This document shows, piece after piece, positions 28,643-38,807 of a stretch of DNA of 64,000 bases (position 1 is the first letter of the stretch; every line of letters starts with the position of its first letter). A model generated the notes under the pieces. That model was not told where the DNA came from. It did not search any database and was given only the letters and a program-made list of their open reading frames with translations. Source of the stretch: Thermodesulfobacteriota bacterium (GTDB taxonomy: Bacteria > Desulfobacterota > Desulfarculia > JACQYL01); NCBI GenBank assembly GCA_963675595.2, contig CAXXLZ010000001.1:960001-1024000 (forward strand), read 5' to 3'. The translations under genes and the position numbers were made by a program.

Positions 28643-29029
28643 TTAGGTACCGGAGCAAAGAGAAACAATCATGTCCTTAAGGGCATGGAAATCCACCGGT
28701 TTTTCCATGAAAGCATCCGCCGGGGTCACGTGCTTGCCGACAAATTCTCTGGCTTCCCGGAGAGTCCCCATGGCGGTGAGCATGATGAATCGAACGCTAT
28801 CACAGCCGGGGAGGTCTCGGATGGAACGCGTCAGGAGGAAACCGTCCATATCCGGAAGCACCAAGTCCACCAGACACACGGCAGGAGGATCCTCCTTGGC
28901 GGATTGTATCCCGGATGCCCCCGTGGCGACGGAACGGACGTGGTAGCCCTGGGATTCAAGAAAAAGCCTCAAGGTTTCCCTCATATCCGGATCATCGTCC
29001 ACTATCAGAATTCGAGGTGGCGCCGCCAT
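28643..29029 (-). CDS. Single-domain response regulator
   Basis: IVDDD, VDLVLPDMDG and EKP. Confidence 0.9.
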   Translation of the reverse strand: MAAPPRILIVDDDPDMRETLRLFLESQGYHVRSVATGASGIQSAKEDPPAVCLVDLVLPDMDGFLLTRSIRDLPGCDSVRFIMLTAMGTLREAREFVGKHVTPADAFMEKPVDFHALKDMIVSLCSGT

Positions 29030-29041
29030 GATAGGAGCAGT

Positions 29042-29533
29042 CTAAACGTCCGTGGTTTTTTCTCTGCTCGATTCTTCCCGGGATCTAAAGCGCACACAGA
29101 GCACGGAACAGGGCGATTTGCGGACCACCTTTTCCGCCGTGCTTCCAAAAAACACGTGTGCCAAACCCGTAAGCCCGTGGGACCCCATCACGATAAGGTC
29201 GATATTCTGCTTTTCGGCGAACTCGACGATTCGTGAAGGCGGATGGCCGTTAATTACTTTCGGCTCATAATTTGTGTACCCTTCGAGTCTATCTGCGTAG
29301 GTCTCGACAATTTTGTTTTCCGACGCGGCCATCACTTCTTCGGTGAGCTGAAGTGTCGCATAATTGGGCACGAATTCTTCAAAGGCCGGGGAGGGTGATA
29401 CGATCGGAGGAATGACGTGCACGAGAAATAGGCGGGCACCGTTGCTCTTGGCCAAGGATTGAGCCACGTCGAAGGCCCGATCGGCGCCTTCCGAGAAGTC
29501 CGTGCAGAATGCGATCTTACTGAAGAGTTCCAT
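29042..29533 (-). CDS. Universal stress protein
   Basis: TDFS, DLIVMGSHG and FGSTAEKVVRKSPCSVL. Confidence 0.95.
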   Translation of the reverse strand: MELFSKIAFCTDFSEGADRAFDVAQSLAKSNGARLFLVHVIPPIVSPSPAFEEFVPNYATLQLTEEVMAASENKIVETYADRLEGYTNYEPKVINGHPPSRIVEFAEKQNIDLIVMGSHGLTGLAHVFFGSTAEKVVRKSPCSVLCVRFRSREESSREKTTDV

Positions 29534-29603
29534 ACCTTGCCCCTTTGTTTGCCTGGACGTGTTCCGTAAAGTCTAACGATTTTAGCGCCGGGTGCCGAAA
29601 GGG

Positions 29604-31118
29604 TCAACGAGAAACCTCAGAGGCCGGCGACGGGACCCCGGTAACGGAAATGGAAGGGAGCATGATTCGAAAAGTAGTTCCCCGGTCACAATCACTCTCC
29701 ACCTCAATGGTTCCGAGATGGGCCTCAACGATTCCTTTCACAATGGGAAGCCCCAAACCTGTTCCTCCGATTCTTCGGGTCCCATCGCTTCTCACACGGT
29801 AGAACCGATCGAATATCTTCGGAATTTCTTCCTTTGGAATTCCTATGCCGGTGTCGGAAACAGTGATCTCCAGATAATCCCCTTTGGGTCCGGCGGAAAC
29901 CTTGATGTTGCCGTTTTCTTTATTATAACGGATTGCATTGGAAATAAGGTTTGTGACCACTCCTTCCATGTGGAGGGGGTCTCCCAGAATCGTGGGCAAC
30001 CGCTCCGGCAGCTCCAGGACAAGGGTGAGGCTACACTCGTCGGCCTTGGCGCGCATGAGTTCCGCCACCCGTTGAATCACGGGTTTCATGTCCAGTTCTT
30101 CTTTGTTGAGGGCAAGATTGCCGGATTCTATTTTGCTCAGGTCCAACAAGTTATTGATTAGATTCAGAAGTCCCGAACTTCTTATGGAGACTCTTTCCAG
30201 GGCTTGTTTCTGCGCCGGCAGGATCGGTCCCAATGTCCCGGAGGAGAGGATATCCACGTTCTGAAGCACCGCTGCCAGAGGAGCTCTCAGCTCATGGGCC
30301 ACCATGGCCACGAAGTCGGATTTCATTTTCTCGAGCTGCTTCAGATGACCGATGTCCTGTAACACGGTGACCGTGCCCATGGGGGAACCCTCATCCGTTG
30401 TTACAAGACCCATGCTGGCTCGGACATATGCATTGTCGCCGATTTCTATTTCACGGGTGACGGATTTCACGTCGCCGCCTCCCGCGCCGATCATCTGGGA
30501 GGCCATGTCCGCCATTTCAGGATTCCGGATGGCTTCCTTCAGGTTTCGTCCTTGTAGAATTTCCGGTGGGAGGCCCACAAGCCGGGCTGCGGAAGCGTTG
30601 TTGAGCACCACGTTGCCCTCACTGTCGGTGATGATGACGCCGTCGGCCATGGCGAAGATAATGTTGGTGATCCTGCTTTTTTCCGTCGCTATGTCCCTAA
30701 GGCTGCGATCCCGTTCCTGCCTCAAAAACGCGGCTTCCCTTTCCAGGCTGACTTTTTCCCAGGCGCGGTTTACCAGCAGGCGCAGCTGGTCCGGCGTAAA
30801 AGGCTTGGTAATGAAGTCATACGCTCCTCTCTTCATGGATTGGACCGCGGTCTCTATGGTTCCATGGCCCGTGATGATCAGGACAAGAGTCTTGATCTTT
30901 TTTTCATCGATTTCTTCGAGGAGCGCCATGCCGTCCATAACCGGCATTTTCAGGTCCAGCAAAGTGATGTCGATACCTTCCTCGAGCAGGATATCCAATG
31001 CTTGACGTCCATTTTCCGCGGTGAAAACTTCATATGCGCTTTTGGACAAAGCACGCGCGCATCCTTGCCGGATTATCATCTCGTCATCGACGATCAAGAT
31101 TTTTGCTTTGTTTCCCAT
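29604..31118 (-). CDS. REC-PAS hybrid histidine kinase
   Basis: N-terminal REC, PAS, HELRAPL and HATPase boxes. Confidence 0.93.
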   Translation of the reverse strand: MGNKAKILIVDDEMIIRQGCARALSKSAYEVFTAENGRQALDILLEEGIDITLLDLKMPVMDGMALLEEIDEKKIKTLVLIITGHGTIETAVQSMKRGAYDFITKPFTPDQLRLLVNRAWEKVSLEREAAFLRQERDRSLRDIATEKSRITNIIFAMADGVIITDSEGNVVLNNASAARLVGLPPEILQGRNLKEAIRNPEMADMASQMIGAGGGDVKSVTREIEIGDNAYVRASMGLVTTDEGSPMGTVTVLQDIGHLKQLEKMKSDFVAMVAHELRAPLAAVLQNVDILSSGTLGPILPAQKQALERVSIRSSGLLNLINNLLDLSKIESGNLALNKEELDMKPVIQRVAELMRAKADECSLTLVLELPERLPTILGDPLHMEGVVTNLISNAIRYNKENGNIKVSAGPKGDYLEITVSDTGIGIPKEEIPKIFDRFYRVRSDGTRRIGGTGLGLPIVKGIVEAHLGTIEVESDCDRGTTFRIMLPSISVTGVPSPASEVSR

Positions 31119-31138
31119 TTCCTATACTTGTTCCTCAA

Positions 31139-32710
31139 TCATGGGAGGGTTTCTTGGTCGGTCTCTTTAAAGGGGACCGGGAGTTCAAGGCGAAACACAC
31201 TGCCTTTCTTCTCTTCGCTGTGCACGGTCAGCCGTCCTCCGTGCTTCTGCACAATCCCATAAGCGGTGCTCAACCCGAGTCCCGTGCCTTGCCCCACCTT
31301 TTTTGTGGTGAAAAACGGATCGAAGATGCGTGATAGGTTCTGCTCGGGGATGCCGCATCCCGTATCTTCCACTTCAGCGATGATGAAGTCCCCGCCGTCG
31401 GCGATGCGAGTCCGTAGCGTGAGCACGCCGCAGCCGTCCATGGCGTCGGCGGCGTTGACGATGAGATTCGTAATCACCTGATCAATGAGTCCGGGGTCGC
31501 CTTCCGCCAGCGGCAAGTCGGAGTCCTGCTCCATTCTGATATCGATATGTTTGAACAGTGGTTGCTTTCCAAACAAAGTAACCACCTTGTGGAATCTTTC
31601 GTTGAGGCTGAATCTCGTCTTCTCTTTTCCGTACTGCCTGCTGAAGTCCAGAAGGTTTCGAACAATGTCTTTGCAGCGAAGTGTCTGCTCGACGATTTGC
31701 TCCAAATCGCCCCTTCGAGGATCATCTTTCTCCACCTCTTCGAGAAGCATATTCGCGAGCATGAGGATACCGCCCAACGGATTGTTGATTTCATGAGCGA
31801 CCCCGGCCGCCAGCTTGCCGAGAGAGGCCATCTTCTCCGATTGTACCAGCTGAAGGTGGGTTTCCTCCAGCTCCCTTTCCATTCTGATGCGTTCCCTTAA
31901 ATCAGAAAAGATACCCACTGTGGCGACCTCGTTCTCGTCTTCATAGATTGTGGCCGCCGAGAGATTGCAGGGAATAATCTCCCCCTGTTTGCTTTGCAGG
32001 TGAACCTGTGTGGTGGCCAGCTTTCCTCTGCCGCCGAAATCGTCACTTCGGATTTTCCTCATGATGTCCCATGCTTCCACGGGATCCTCATAAAGTTGGC
32101 TGATGTGCATTTTCCCAATGACTTCATCCGCTCTGTAATTGAGAAGCTGTTCCGCGCCTTCGTTGAAAATCAAGACGATACCGCGCATGTCCCCGCCGAG
32201 AATTCCGTCCACCGAGCTCTTGATGATGTTCGAAAAGAACTTGTTGGTCTTTCTCAGCGTGTTTTCAACATTCGCACGTTGTGTGACGTCCCGCACGCGG
32301 ATCAGGGTTTTCCGACCTTCTTCGCTTTTCATAGCGGCCATGTAAAGCTCGAAATACTGAGTCTCTCCTCGAGATGACGACCGCGAACTTGGAATGGGAG
32401 TGGAACCGTGTTCGATGTCGTCGGCGGATAATCGTTCCAGGATGAATTGCGCATTATCGAAGCCGGCTTCAGCGATCAGGGAAGCGAAGAGGACGTCCGA
32501 AACCTCTTCTCTATTACGTCCGATCAGTCGACGAGCAGATTCGTTCGTGAATTCGATCTTCCCCGATTCGTCCACCAGGAGAAGGCCGTCATCGCCTGCC
32601 ATGGAATCCAGGATGAGAATCGTCTTCAGCTTCCGGAAGGTGGATTCGGCCGATTTTGAGAGGTGCTCGATCACGTCCGGACGTTTCAAATCGTGCTCGT
32701 TTTCGAACAT
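31139..32710 (-). CDS. PAS-PAS NtrB-type histidine kinase
   Basis: AHEINNPL, NLIVNAADAM and FFTTK..GQGTGLGL. Confidence 0.93.
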   Translation of the reverse strand: MFENEHDLKRPDVIEHLSKSAESTFRKLKTILILDSMAGDDGLLLVDESGKIEFTNESARRLIGRNREEVSDVLFASLIAEAGFDNAQFILERLSADDIEHGSTPIPSSRSSSRGETQYFELYMAAMKSEEGRKTLIRVRDVTQRANVENTLRKTNKFFSNIIKSSVDGILGGDMRGIVLIFNEGAEQLLNYRADEVIGKMHISQLYEDPVEAWDIMRKIRSDDFGGRGKLATTQVHLQSKQGEIIPCNLSAATIYEDENEVATVGIFSDLRERIRMERELEETHLQLVQSEKMASLGKLAAGVAHEINNPLGGILMLANMLLEEVEKDDPRRGDLEQIVEQTLRCKDIVRNLLDFSRQYGKEKTRFSLNERFHKVVTLFGKQPLFKHIDIRMEQDSDLPLAEGDPGLIDQVITNLIVNAADAMDGCGVLTLRTRIADGGDFIIAEVEDTGCGIPEQNLSRIFDPFFTTKKVGQGTGLGLSTAYGIVQKHGGRLTVHSEEKKGSVFRLELPVPFKETDQETLP

Positions 32711-33100
32711 GTGATGCTCTCCAATTCAACTCGTTGTCGAATAAGAAGCCCTTCCGGACTTCCATGCCGGTAACGAAAAGGTGCCGGATTCCGGATCCTT
32801 GAATAAGGGCTGTCCCACCGAGCATCGAGAAAAACCGTAGCCCGCCGCCTATCCGGTTTCCTCGGCTGCGTTGGCGGATGCCCGCCCGATCTACAATGTT
32901 CCCAAAACGGTACTTAATAAAGGTAGATTTTTCCGTCAAGGTTCACCTATCGTCGCAGACCGTGTCGGAATAACTTTCATACAAATTATTGGGCAAATAG
33001 GTCTCAAGTGTACGTTACGTGTCTGTTGGATCAATGTCTTCCGTTTTCCCCGGCGCTGTGAAGATTATTCTCTTTCTTTTCAAGTGCACTTCACTTTCTA

Positions 33101-33130
33101 TTGACATTGTTCCTCTTCAATCTCTATTGT
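33101..33130 (+). promoter_or_regulatory. Candidate sigma70 promoter of nfnAB
   Basis: TTGACA-18 nt-TATTGT. Confidence 0.55.
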
Positions 33131-33397
33131 GGAAACTTTGAAGTTCCGCCTTTCGGCTTTGGGGCCGGCACATGGGGATTCGTGTCGTATGCTTGGCACA
33201 CAGGCCTGCCGTTCGATCATTTCCGTATGTCGCCCTCCCCACTGTATCCCGAGGTGAAGCTTAGCGGCTTGAGTTGGTTCGATGCCGGTGACGGCCTGCC
33301 GGTGGGAAGGACGGCAACTCGAGCCGAGTATCGACGGTCGACCCGACACGCAACGGCGCTTCCGGGTTGGAAAAGTAAATGCAGACGGAGGAATTCC

Positions 33398-34234
33398 ATG
33401 TTCGAAATCTTGAAAAGGCAAGAACTTGCCGGCGGGACCGTGGTCATGAATGAGATCGCAGCTCCGCAGATCGCCCAGAAGGCCAAGCCGGGGCAGTTCA
33501 TTGTGCTCAAAGCCAATGAGACCGGGGAACGCATTCCCTTGACCATTGCCGACAAAGACGAAAAGAAGGGCACCGTAACCATTTATTACATGGTTGTGGG
33601 CAAGTCTACGGCATTATTCAAAAGTATGGCCGTCGGGGATCGCTTCCAGGACGTCATCGGGCCCTTGGGCAAACCGACGCATCTTGAAAAGCTCGGCAAA
33701 GTGGTGTGCGTGGGCGGAGGAACGGGCGTGGCCGTGCTTCATCCCATCACCAAGGGACTGAAAGAGGTGGGAAATCACGTAGTCGGCATCATCGGGGCCC
33801 GCAATAAAGACCTGCTGATCATGGAAGACAAGATGAAGGCCGCTTCCACCGAGTTGCACGTATGTACCGACGACGGCAGCTACGGCCATCATGGTTTTGT
33901 AACGGACGTACTGAGGGGATTTCTCGAGAAAGGCGATATCAAGATGGTTGTGGCCATCGGTCCGGTCATTATGATGAAAGTGGTGAGCAAGTTGACGGCC
34001 GAGTACAAAGTGCCCACCATCGTGAGCCTGAATCCCATCATGGTGGACGGCACCGGCATGTGCGGATGCTGCCGTGTCTCCGTGGGCGACGAAACCAAAT
34101 TCGCGTGCGTGGACGGACCCGAATTCGACGGACACCTGGTGGATTACGATGAGCTGATGCAGCGTCTGGCGGCGTATCACGAAGACGAGAAGCACTCCAT
34201 GGAGAGATATTCTTGTGAATGTCGGAAGGGCTGA
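33398..34234 (+). CDS. nfnA: NfnA/SudB-type ferredoxin-NADP reductase subunit (FAD, 2Fe-2S)
   Basis: Start MFEILK after RBS GGAGG; ERIPLTIAD, VGGGTG and DGTGMCGCCRV...ACVDGPEFD. Confidence 0.92.
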   Translation: MFEILKRQELAGGTVVMNEIAAPQIAQKAKPGQFIVLKANETGERIPLTIADKDEKKGTVTIYYMVVGKSTALFKSMAVGDRFQDVIGPLGKPTHLEKLGKVVCVGGGTGVAVLHPITKGLKEVGNHVVGIIGARNKDLLIMEDKMKAASTELHVCTDDGSYGHHGFVTDVLRGFLEKGDIKMVVAIGPVIMMKVVSKLTAEYKVPTIVSLNPIMVDGTGMCGCCRVSVGDETKFACVDGPEFDGHLVDYDELMQRLAAYHEDEKHSMERYSCECRKG

Positions 34235-34325
34235 GTGACCGCAACGGCATTTGATTGAGGGTTAGGCCCCGCATTTTATCGCTGAGTAGAGTAGGCGTTT
34301 GTTTAGAGAATCAGGAGGATAGGGA

Positions 34326-35729
34326 ATGGCCAAAGAAGAAAAAACCGCCGTCCGGGTACCGATGCCCGAGCAGGAACCCAAGGAGAGGGCAAGAAATTTC
34401 AAAGAGGTTCCTCTGGGTTATACCGCTGAAATGGCTCGGGAAGAGGCGAGTCGTTGCCTGCAGTGTAAGAAACCGTCCTGCGTCCAGGGATGCCCGGTGC
34501 ATGTTGATATTCCCGGTTTCATCAAGCTGATTACGGAAGGTGAATTCACACGCGCCATACGTCACGTGTGGGAAATGAACTCCCTTCCGGCGGTCTGCGG
34601 TCGCGTTTGTCCCCAGGAGCTTCAGTGCGAAGGTTCCTGTATCGTGGGCAAGAAAGGGAGTCCCGTCGCCATCGGCAATCTGGAACGATTCGTGGCGGAC
34701 CTTGAACGGGACCAAGGCTCGGGTGAATTACCCCCGGTGGCGCCTTCCACGGGAAAGCGCGTGGCCGTGGTGGGATCCGGTCCTTCCGGGCTTACGGTGG
34801 CCGGTGACCTCATCCGCAAGGGACATGAAGTGACGATTTTTGAGGCCTTTCACAAACCCGGCGGCGTGTTGGTCTACGGCATTCCGGAATTCCGGCTTCC
34901 CAAGGAGATCGTGTTTTCGGAAGTGAATTTCTTGGAACGCATGGGCGCCAAGTTGGAATGCAACCAGGTGGTGGGAGGATCGGTCCTGGTGGATGAACTT
35001 TTCGGCATGGGGTACGACGCCATCTACATCGGAGTCGGCGCCGGTCTGCCGCGGTTCCTGGGGATTCCCGGCGAGAACCTCATCGGAATCTATTCCGCCA
35101 ACGAGTACCTCACGCGCTCGAACCTCATGAAGGCGTACCTGTTCCCCGAATACGATACGCCCATTGCGCGTGGTAGAAATGTGGCCGTTTTGGGCGCCGG
35201 AAACGTCGCCATGGACGCGGCGAGAACTGCCCTGAGGCTCGGAGCGGATAAGGTTCGGATCGTGTATCGAAGGTCCAGAGACGAGATGCCGGCCAGAGCC
35301 GCCGAAATCCATCACGCCGAGGAAGAGGGAGTCGAATTTCATCTGTTGACCAATCCTCTTAGGTTCATCGGGGATGAAAGAGGCCGTGTAACCGGGATGG
35401 AGTGCATATCTATGGAACTCGGAGAGCCCGACGATTCCGGCAGAAGGCGACCCGTCCCGATCCAGGGCTCGGAATTCCAGCTCGAATGCGACCTTGCGGT
35501 GATTTCGGTCGGCGCCGGTGCCAATCCGCTGCTGACCCGGACCACGGAAGGCTTGTCCTGTGACAAGAAGGGATACATTCTTGCGGACCCGGTGACTGGA
35601 AAAACCAGCAGGAAGGGTGTCTGGGCCGGGGGCGACATCGTTACGGGAATGGCCACCGTCATTCTGGCCATGGGAGCCGGGCGAATGGCCTCCGAATCCA
35701 TGCATGACTACTTGGTCAGGGGATGGTAA
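34326..35729 (+). CDS. nfnB: NfnB/SudA (GltD-like) large subunit of the electron-bifurcating transhydrogenase
   Basis: RCLQC..C..GCP, CGRVCPQELQCE, GSGPSG and GAGNVAMD; adjacent to nfnA. Confidence 0.92.
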   Translation: MAKEEKTAVRVPMPEQEPKERARNFKEVPLGYTAEMAREEASRCLQCKKPSCVQGCPVHVDIPGFIKLITEGEFTRAIRHVWEMNSLPAVCGRVCPQELQCEGSCIVGKKGSPVAIGNLERFVADLERDQGSGELPPVAPSTGKRVAVVGSGPSGLTVAGDLIRKGHEVTIFEAFHKPGGVLVYGIPEFRLPKEIVFSEVNFLERMGAKLECNQVVGGSVLVDELFGMGYDAIYIGVGAGLPRFLGIPGENLIGIYSANEYLTRSNLMKAYLFPEYDTPIARGRNVAVLGAGNVAMDAARTALRLGADKVRIVYRRSRDEMPARAAEIHHAEEEGVEFHLLTNPLRFIGDERGRVTGMECISMELGEPDDSGRRRPVPIQGSEFQLECDLAVISVGAGANPLLTRTTEGLSCDKKGYILADPVTGKTSRKGVWAGGDIVTGMATVILAMGAGRMASESMHDYLVRGW

Positions 35730-35841
35730 GCGCCGAACCCCAACGGCTCTTTGAGGGGCCCGTCGAGGCCCCTTAGCCTTATCGGGCCTTGTCCCGCAAG
35801 GAGGACTTGATCGGCGGCGAGGTCTGAGTTATAGTATGGTT

Positions 35842-35935
35842 ACATTAAAAAAAGGGGAGCAATGGATTATTGCCTTCCCCAATCCCCTTTTCCCCCGCTA
35901 ACGGCTTTGGAAGGCGGCGTAGCGGGGGTTTTTTT
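35842..35935 (+). ncRNA. Candidate ~95-nt small RNA
   Basis: Own promoter TTGATC-17-TATAGT (35807-35835), two hairpins, and a terminator CCCCCGCTA/TAGCGGGGG plus T7. No convincing ORF. Confidence 0.55.
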
Positions 35936-35965
35936 GTCCTGATTTCCGGTGACTGGAACCCCGAC

Positions 35966-36307
35966 TCAATCCGCGTCCTTGATCACGCTCGAAGGATCCG
36001 TCCTGAGCTTCTCCACTTTGCTCTCGAACGACGGCCCAAGGTCCACCCCCATTTGTTGGGCTTTCTTCTTGGCGCTCAGTCCGATGTTTCTGGAATCCTT
36101 GAAAAAAGACTCCGTCTGCCGTGCACCGGGATCATAGCGAGCCAGCCGATCCGATTCGGAAAGATGGAACGCGACACGGGAGATCAGCTTGCGCAGTCTG
36201 TTTTCTCCGCATTTCGAGCAACAAAGACTCGACTCTTCCTCGACCCGCATGATCAGGGCCGAAAAAGTGCACCCGCAGGCTTGGCATTCATACTCGTAAA
36301 TGGGCAT
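35966..36307 (-). CDS. FmdB-family zinc-ribbon protein
   Basis: MPIYEYECQACG...CSKCG..LRKLIS. Confidence 0.9.
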   Translation of the reverse strand: MPIYEYECQACGCTFSALIMRVEEESSLCCSKCGENRLRKLISRVAFHLSESDRLARYDPGARQTESFFKDSRNIGLSAKKKAQQMGVDLGPSFESKVEKLRTDPSSVIKDAD

Positions 36308-36318
36308 TCCTACGTCTC

Positions 36319-37467
36319 CTATTCCGACCGGTTCACCCTGAGAATTCCTTTGGCCAAAAAAGAATTGCCGTCTTTGAATGATCCTTTTAGCCACGCGGTG
36401 AACACAAGGGTTTCCGCTCCCTCTCCCTCCAGAGTCTCCGCAACGGTTGCAGCCGGAAAACAGGCCGTGAGACGCGAGGTTCCCTGAGAAATGAGCGCCT
36501 CTCCCAGGCAATATTCCGGATCGGGCTCAAGAACCCCGTTGAGTAGTCCCAGACGCAAAGTGCCTTGATCCACTCGTGCCGTTTCTTCGGCGCTCCTAAA
36601 ATTTACCGAGCAGACGAGGGCGAGGCCGGGCTCCGGAGGGAGCGTCAGAATCGGAGGTTGAAAACTGAGGGGGAGTATTTCCACGGACTCTTCGGCCTCT
36701 TCGGGGGAGGGCGGCGGAGGTTCGGGTCGGGGCTCCTGAGGAGTCTCGAGCTGCATCATAAGCAGCTCTTCAATATGGGAGAGGGTTTCGGTGATCACCC
36801 CAAGTTGGGCGCGGATGGCCTCCTGCTCTCTTTTGAGATCCGAAAGATCCGTGTATACCGGGGAGAACTGCCGGTCCATCTCCGCCATATCGGACGCGCT
36901 CAAAGCCGACAGGCTTGGAACATCGATTGACGAGGGGTACTGTCCCCCCACAAACACATTGCCGTAACCATGATATTTGCCGGTTTCTTCGGCCTGGATA
37001 CGGACGATGAGTGCATCTCCCGCTTCCGCCGGCACCTCGGAGCCGCTCTGCCGTCCGGAAAACAGGGCCGGACCTCTTGCGGATCCAAGCCCCTTCGGCC
37101 AGGAAGCGAGAAGGTACTCGCCCTCCGGTTTCTGCAATACGATTTCCACGGACGCATACGTTCCCGACCCGGAGTAATTTTGGCCGTACAGATTGAACCC
37201 GTACCCGTTTCCTCCCATGGTCCCGGTCAAGATCAACCTCCACTCCCTCGGCGAATTCCTGCGCACCGGAACCTGGATCACGTTGCTTCCCGGCGGGTTT
37301 TCGGAGAGCTCCCCCCCTGAAGTCAGGTACAGCCGGGTGGCTTCCGCCGAGGAGGGATGAAACCAGCAAACCGACAGCGCCAGGATGACGGCCGCCGTCC
37401 ATATGAAAATCGGCGGGAACGGGTAAACGAAGCGGTGCGTAACCCTGCTCGATTGCCTTTGTCCCAT
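36319..37467 (-). CDS. Secreted hypothetical protein (beta-rich domain, coiled coil, Pro-rich linker, C-terminal domain)
   Basis: 382-aa ORF with RBS AGGAG and a signal peptide ending SSAEA; no family recognised. Confidence 0.7.
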   Translation of the reverse strand: MGQRQSSRVTHRFVYPFPPIFIWTAAVILALSVCWFHPSSAEATRLYLTSGGELSENPPGSNVIQVPVRRNSPREWRLILTGTMGGNGYGFNLYGQNYSGSGTYASVEIVLQKPEGEYLLASWPKGLGSARGPALFSGRQSGSEVPAEAGDALIVRIQAEETGKYHGYGNVFVGGQYPSSIDVPSLSALSASDMAEMDRQFSPVYTDLSDLKREQEAIRAQLGVITETLSHIEELLMMQLETPQEPRPEPPPPSPEEAEESVEILPLSFQPPILTLPPEPGLALVCSVNFRSAEETARVDQGTLRLGLLNGVLEPDPEYCLGEALISQGTSRLTACFPAATVAETLEGEGAETLVFTAWLKGSFKDGNSFLAKGILRVNRSE

Positions 37468-37703
37468 GCGTACTCCTGTTGGTGAGGAAAGATTATCCCA
37501 TCAAATGCAGCTCTATATCATGAGGGACTGTAAAAGAAAAGAGAGGCTGAACCAGGGAGTGCGACGACGGGAACGGCCTATGACGGCGGAAACGGGCGTA
37601 TGGTCCTGTTGAGTGGGCCTCGTGAATCTGATAGGCTCCGGCATCCGTCCTATTGGGACATGATGGAGCAATCGGCGAACCGCTACATGCATGGAAGAGC
37701 TCG

Positions 37704-38807
37704 ATGAACAGATCGCAATACTTGAGAGCGCGCAAACTTGAGGGACGAAAAGTCTTCGGCGTGTTTCCAGCTCAATACCCGAAGGAGCTTCTTTGGGCAT
37801 TCGACATACTCCCTGTGGAAATCTGGGATCCCAAGCCTGCCGCGTGTGAGGCCGGTCGGTACATACAACCCTTTGTCTGTTCGGTGGTCCGGGCGGGACT
37901 TGAGCTGATTCTTCAAGGAAAAGCCGATTTCCTGGACGGTTTCTTCTTTCCCCATACCTGCGATTCCATTCAGAACCTGATGTCGATCGTGCAATCAATC
38001 CGCCCCGACATTCCCTGTTGGTTCTTATATCATCCCAGAGCCCCCCACGGCCTTGAAGCAGAATCTTTCTACGCGGCACAACTTGAAGGAATTACGCGGC
38101 AACTCGGGGAACGTTTCGGTACGGTGAGCCCGGAAAAGTATGCGGATGCGGTTGAAGCGGGGCGTCGCATCAATTCGCTGCTTCGGGAGGTTTACGAGCG
38201 CAGGGCGTCCGGCGAGCTCGGCGTAACCAATCGGGAGTTCTATGATACGCTCAGACTGGGTGAGTTTCAGACGGCCGACGATTACGAGGGAGCCTTGACC
38301 GGGCTGCTCCGCCGTGGGGAGAGCTTGACGGCTTGTGGGGACGGAACTTTACCGATCCTGGTTTCAGGGGTTTTGGCCAATCCTCCCGAGCTTCTGGACA
38401 GGATGGACGAACTGGGAATTCGCATTGTTGCCGACGACTTCATCAATTTGGGCAGGCGGATTCCCTCTCCAAAAGAAGGATCGAAAGGCTCGCCGTCCGT
38501 CGAAATGATAAGCGACTACTTCTCCCTACCTCCCTGCAGTACCCGGGGCTTCGGCATCGAGGAGAGGGTGCTTTTCCTGACCCGATTGCTGGAACGTTCG
38601 AGAGCCGAAGCGGTCATTTTCTGGACGACGAAGTTCTGTGAACCCGAGCTTTTCGATCTACCGCCCCTAACCAAGGAACTGGGGAAACGGGGAGTGCGGG
38701 TGCTGCACATCGAGACCGAGCTGAACGAGGGCGTTTCGGCACAGGTTGCCACACGATTGGAGGCGTTCGTCGAAACGGTGAATCGGGAGAGGGGGGCCGA
38801 AATTTGA
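37704..38807 (+). CDS. 2-hydroxyacyl-CoA dehydratase / benzoyl-CoA reductase family subunit (HgdB/BcrC-like)
   Basis: PKELLWA, VCSVVR, PHTCDS, KFCEPE and TRLEAFVE. Confidence 0.88.
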   Translation: MNRSQYLRARKLEGRKVFGVFPAQYPKELLWAFDILPVEIWDPKPAACEAGRYIQPFVCSVVRAGLELILQGKADFLDGFFFPHTCDSIQNLMSIVQSIRPDIPCWFLYHPRAPHGLEAESFYAAQLEGITRQLGERFGTVSPEKYADAVEAGRRINSLLREVYERRASGELGVTNREFYDTLRLGEFQTADDYEGALTGLLRRGESLTACGDGTLPILVSGVLANPPELLDRMDELGIRIVADDFINLGRRIPSPKEGSKGSPSVEMISDYFSLPPCSTRGFGIEERVLFLTRLLERSRAEAVIFWTTKFCEPELFDLPPLTKELGKRGVRVLHIETELNEGVSAQVATRLEAFVETVNRERGAEI

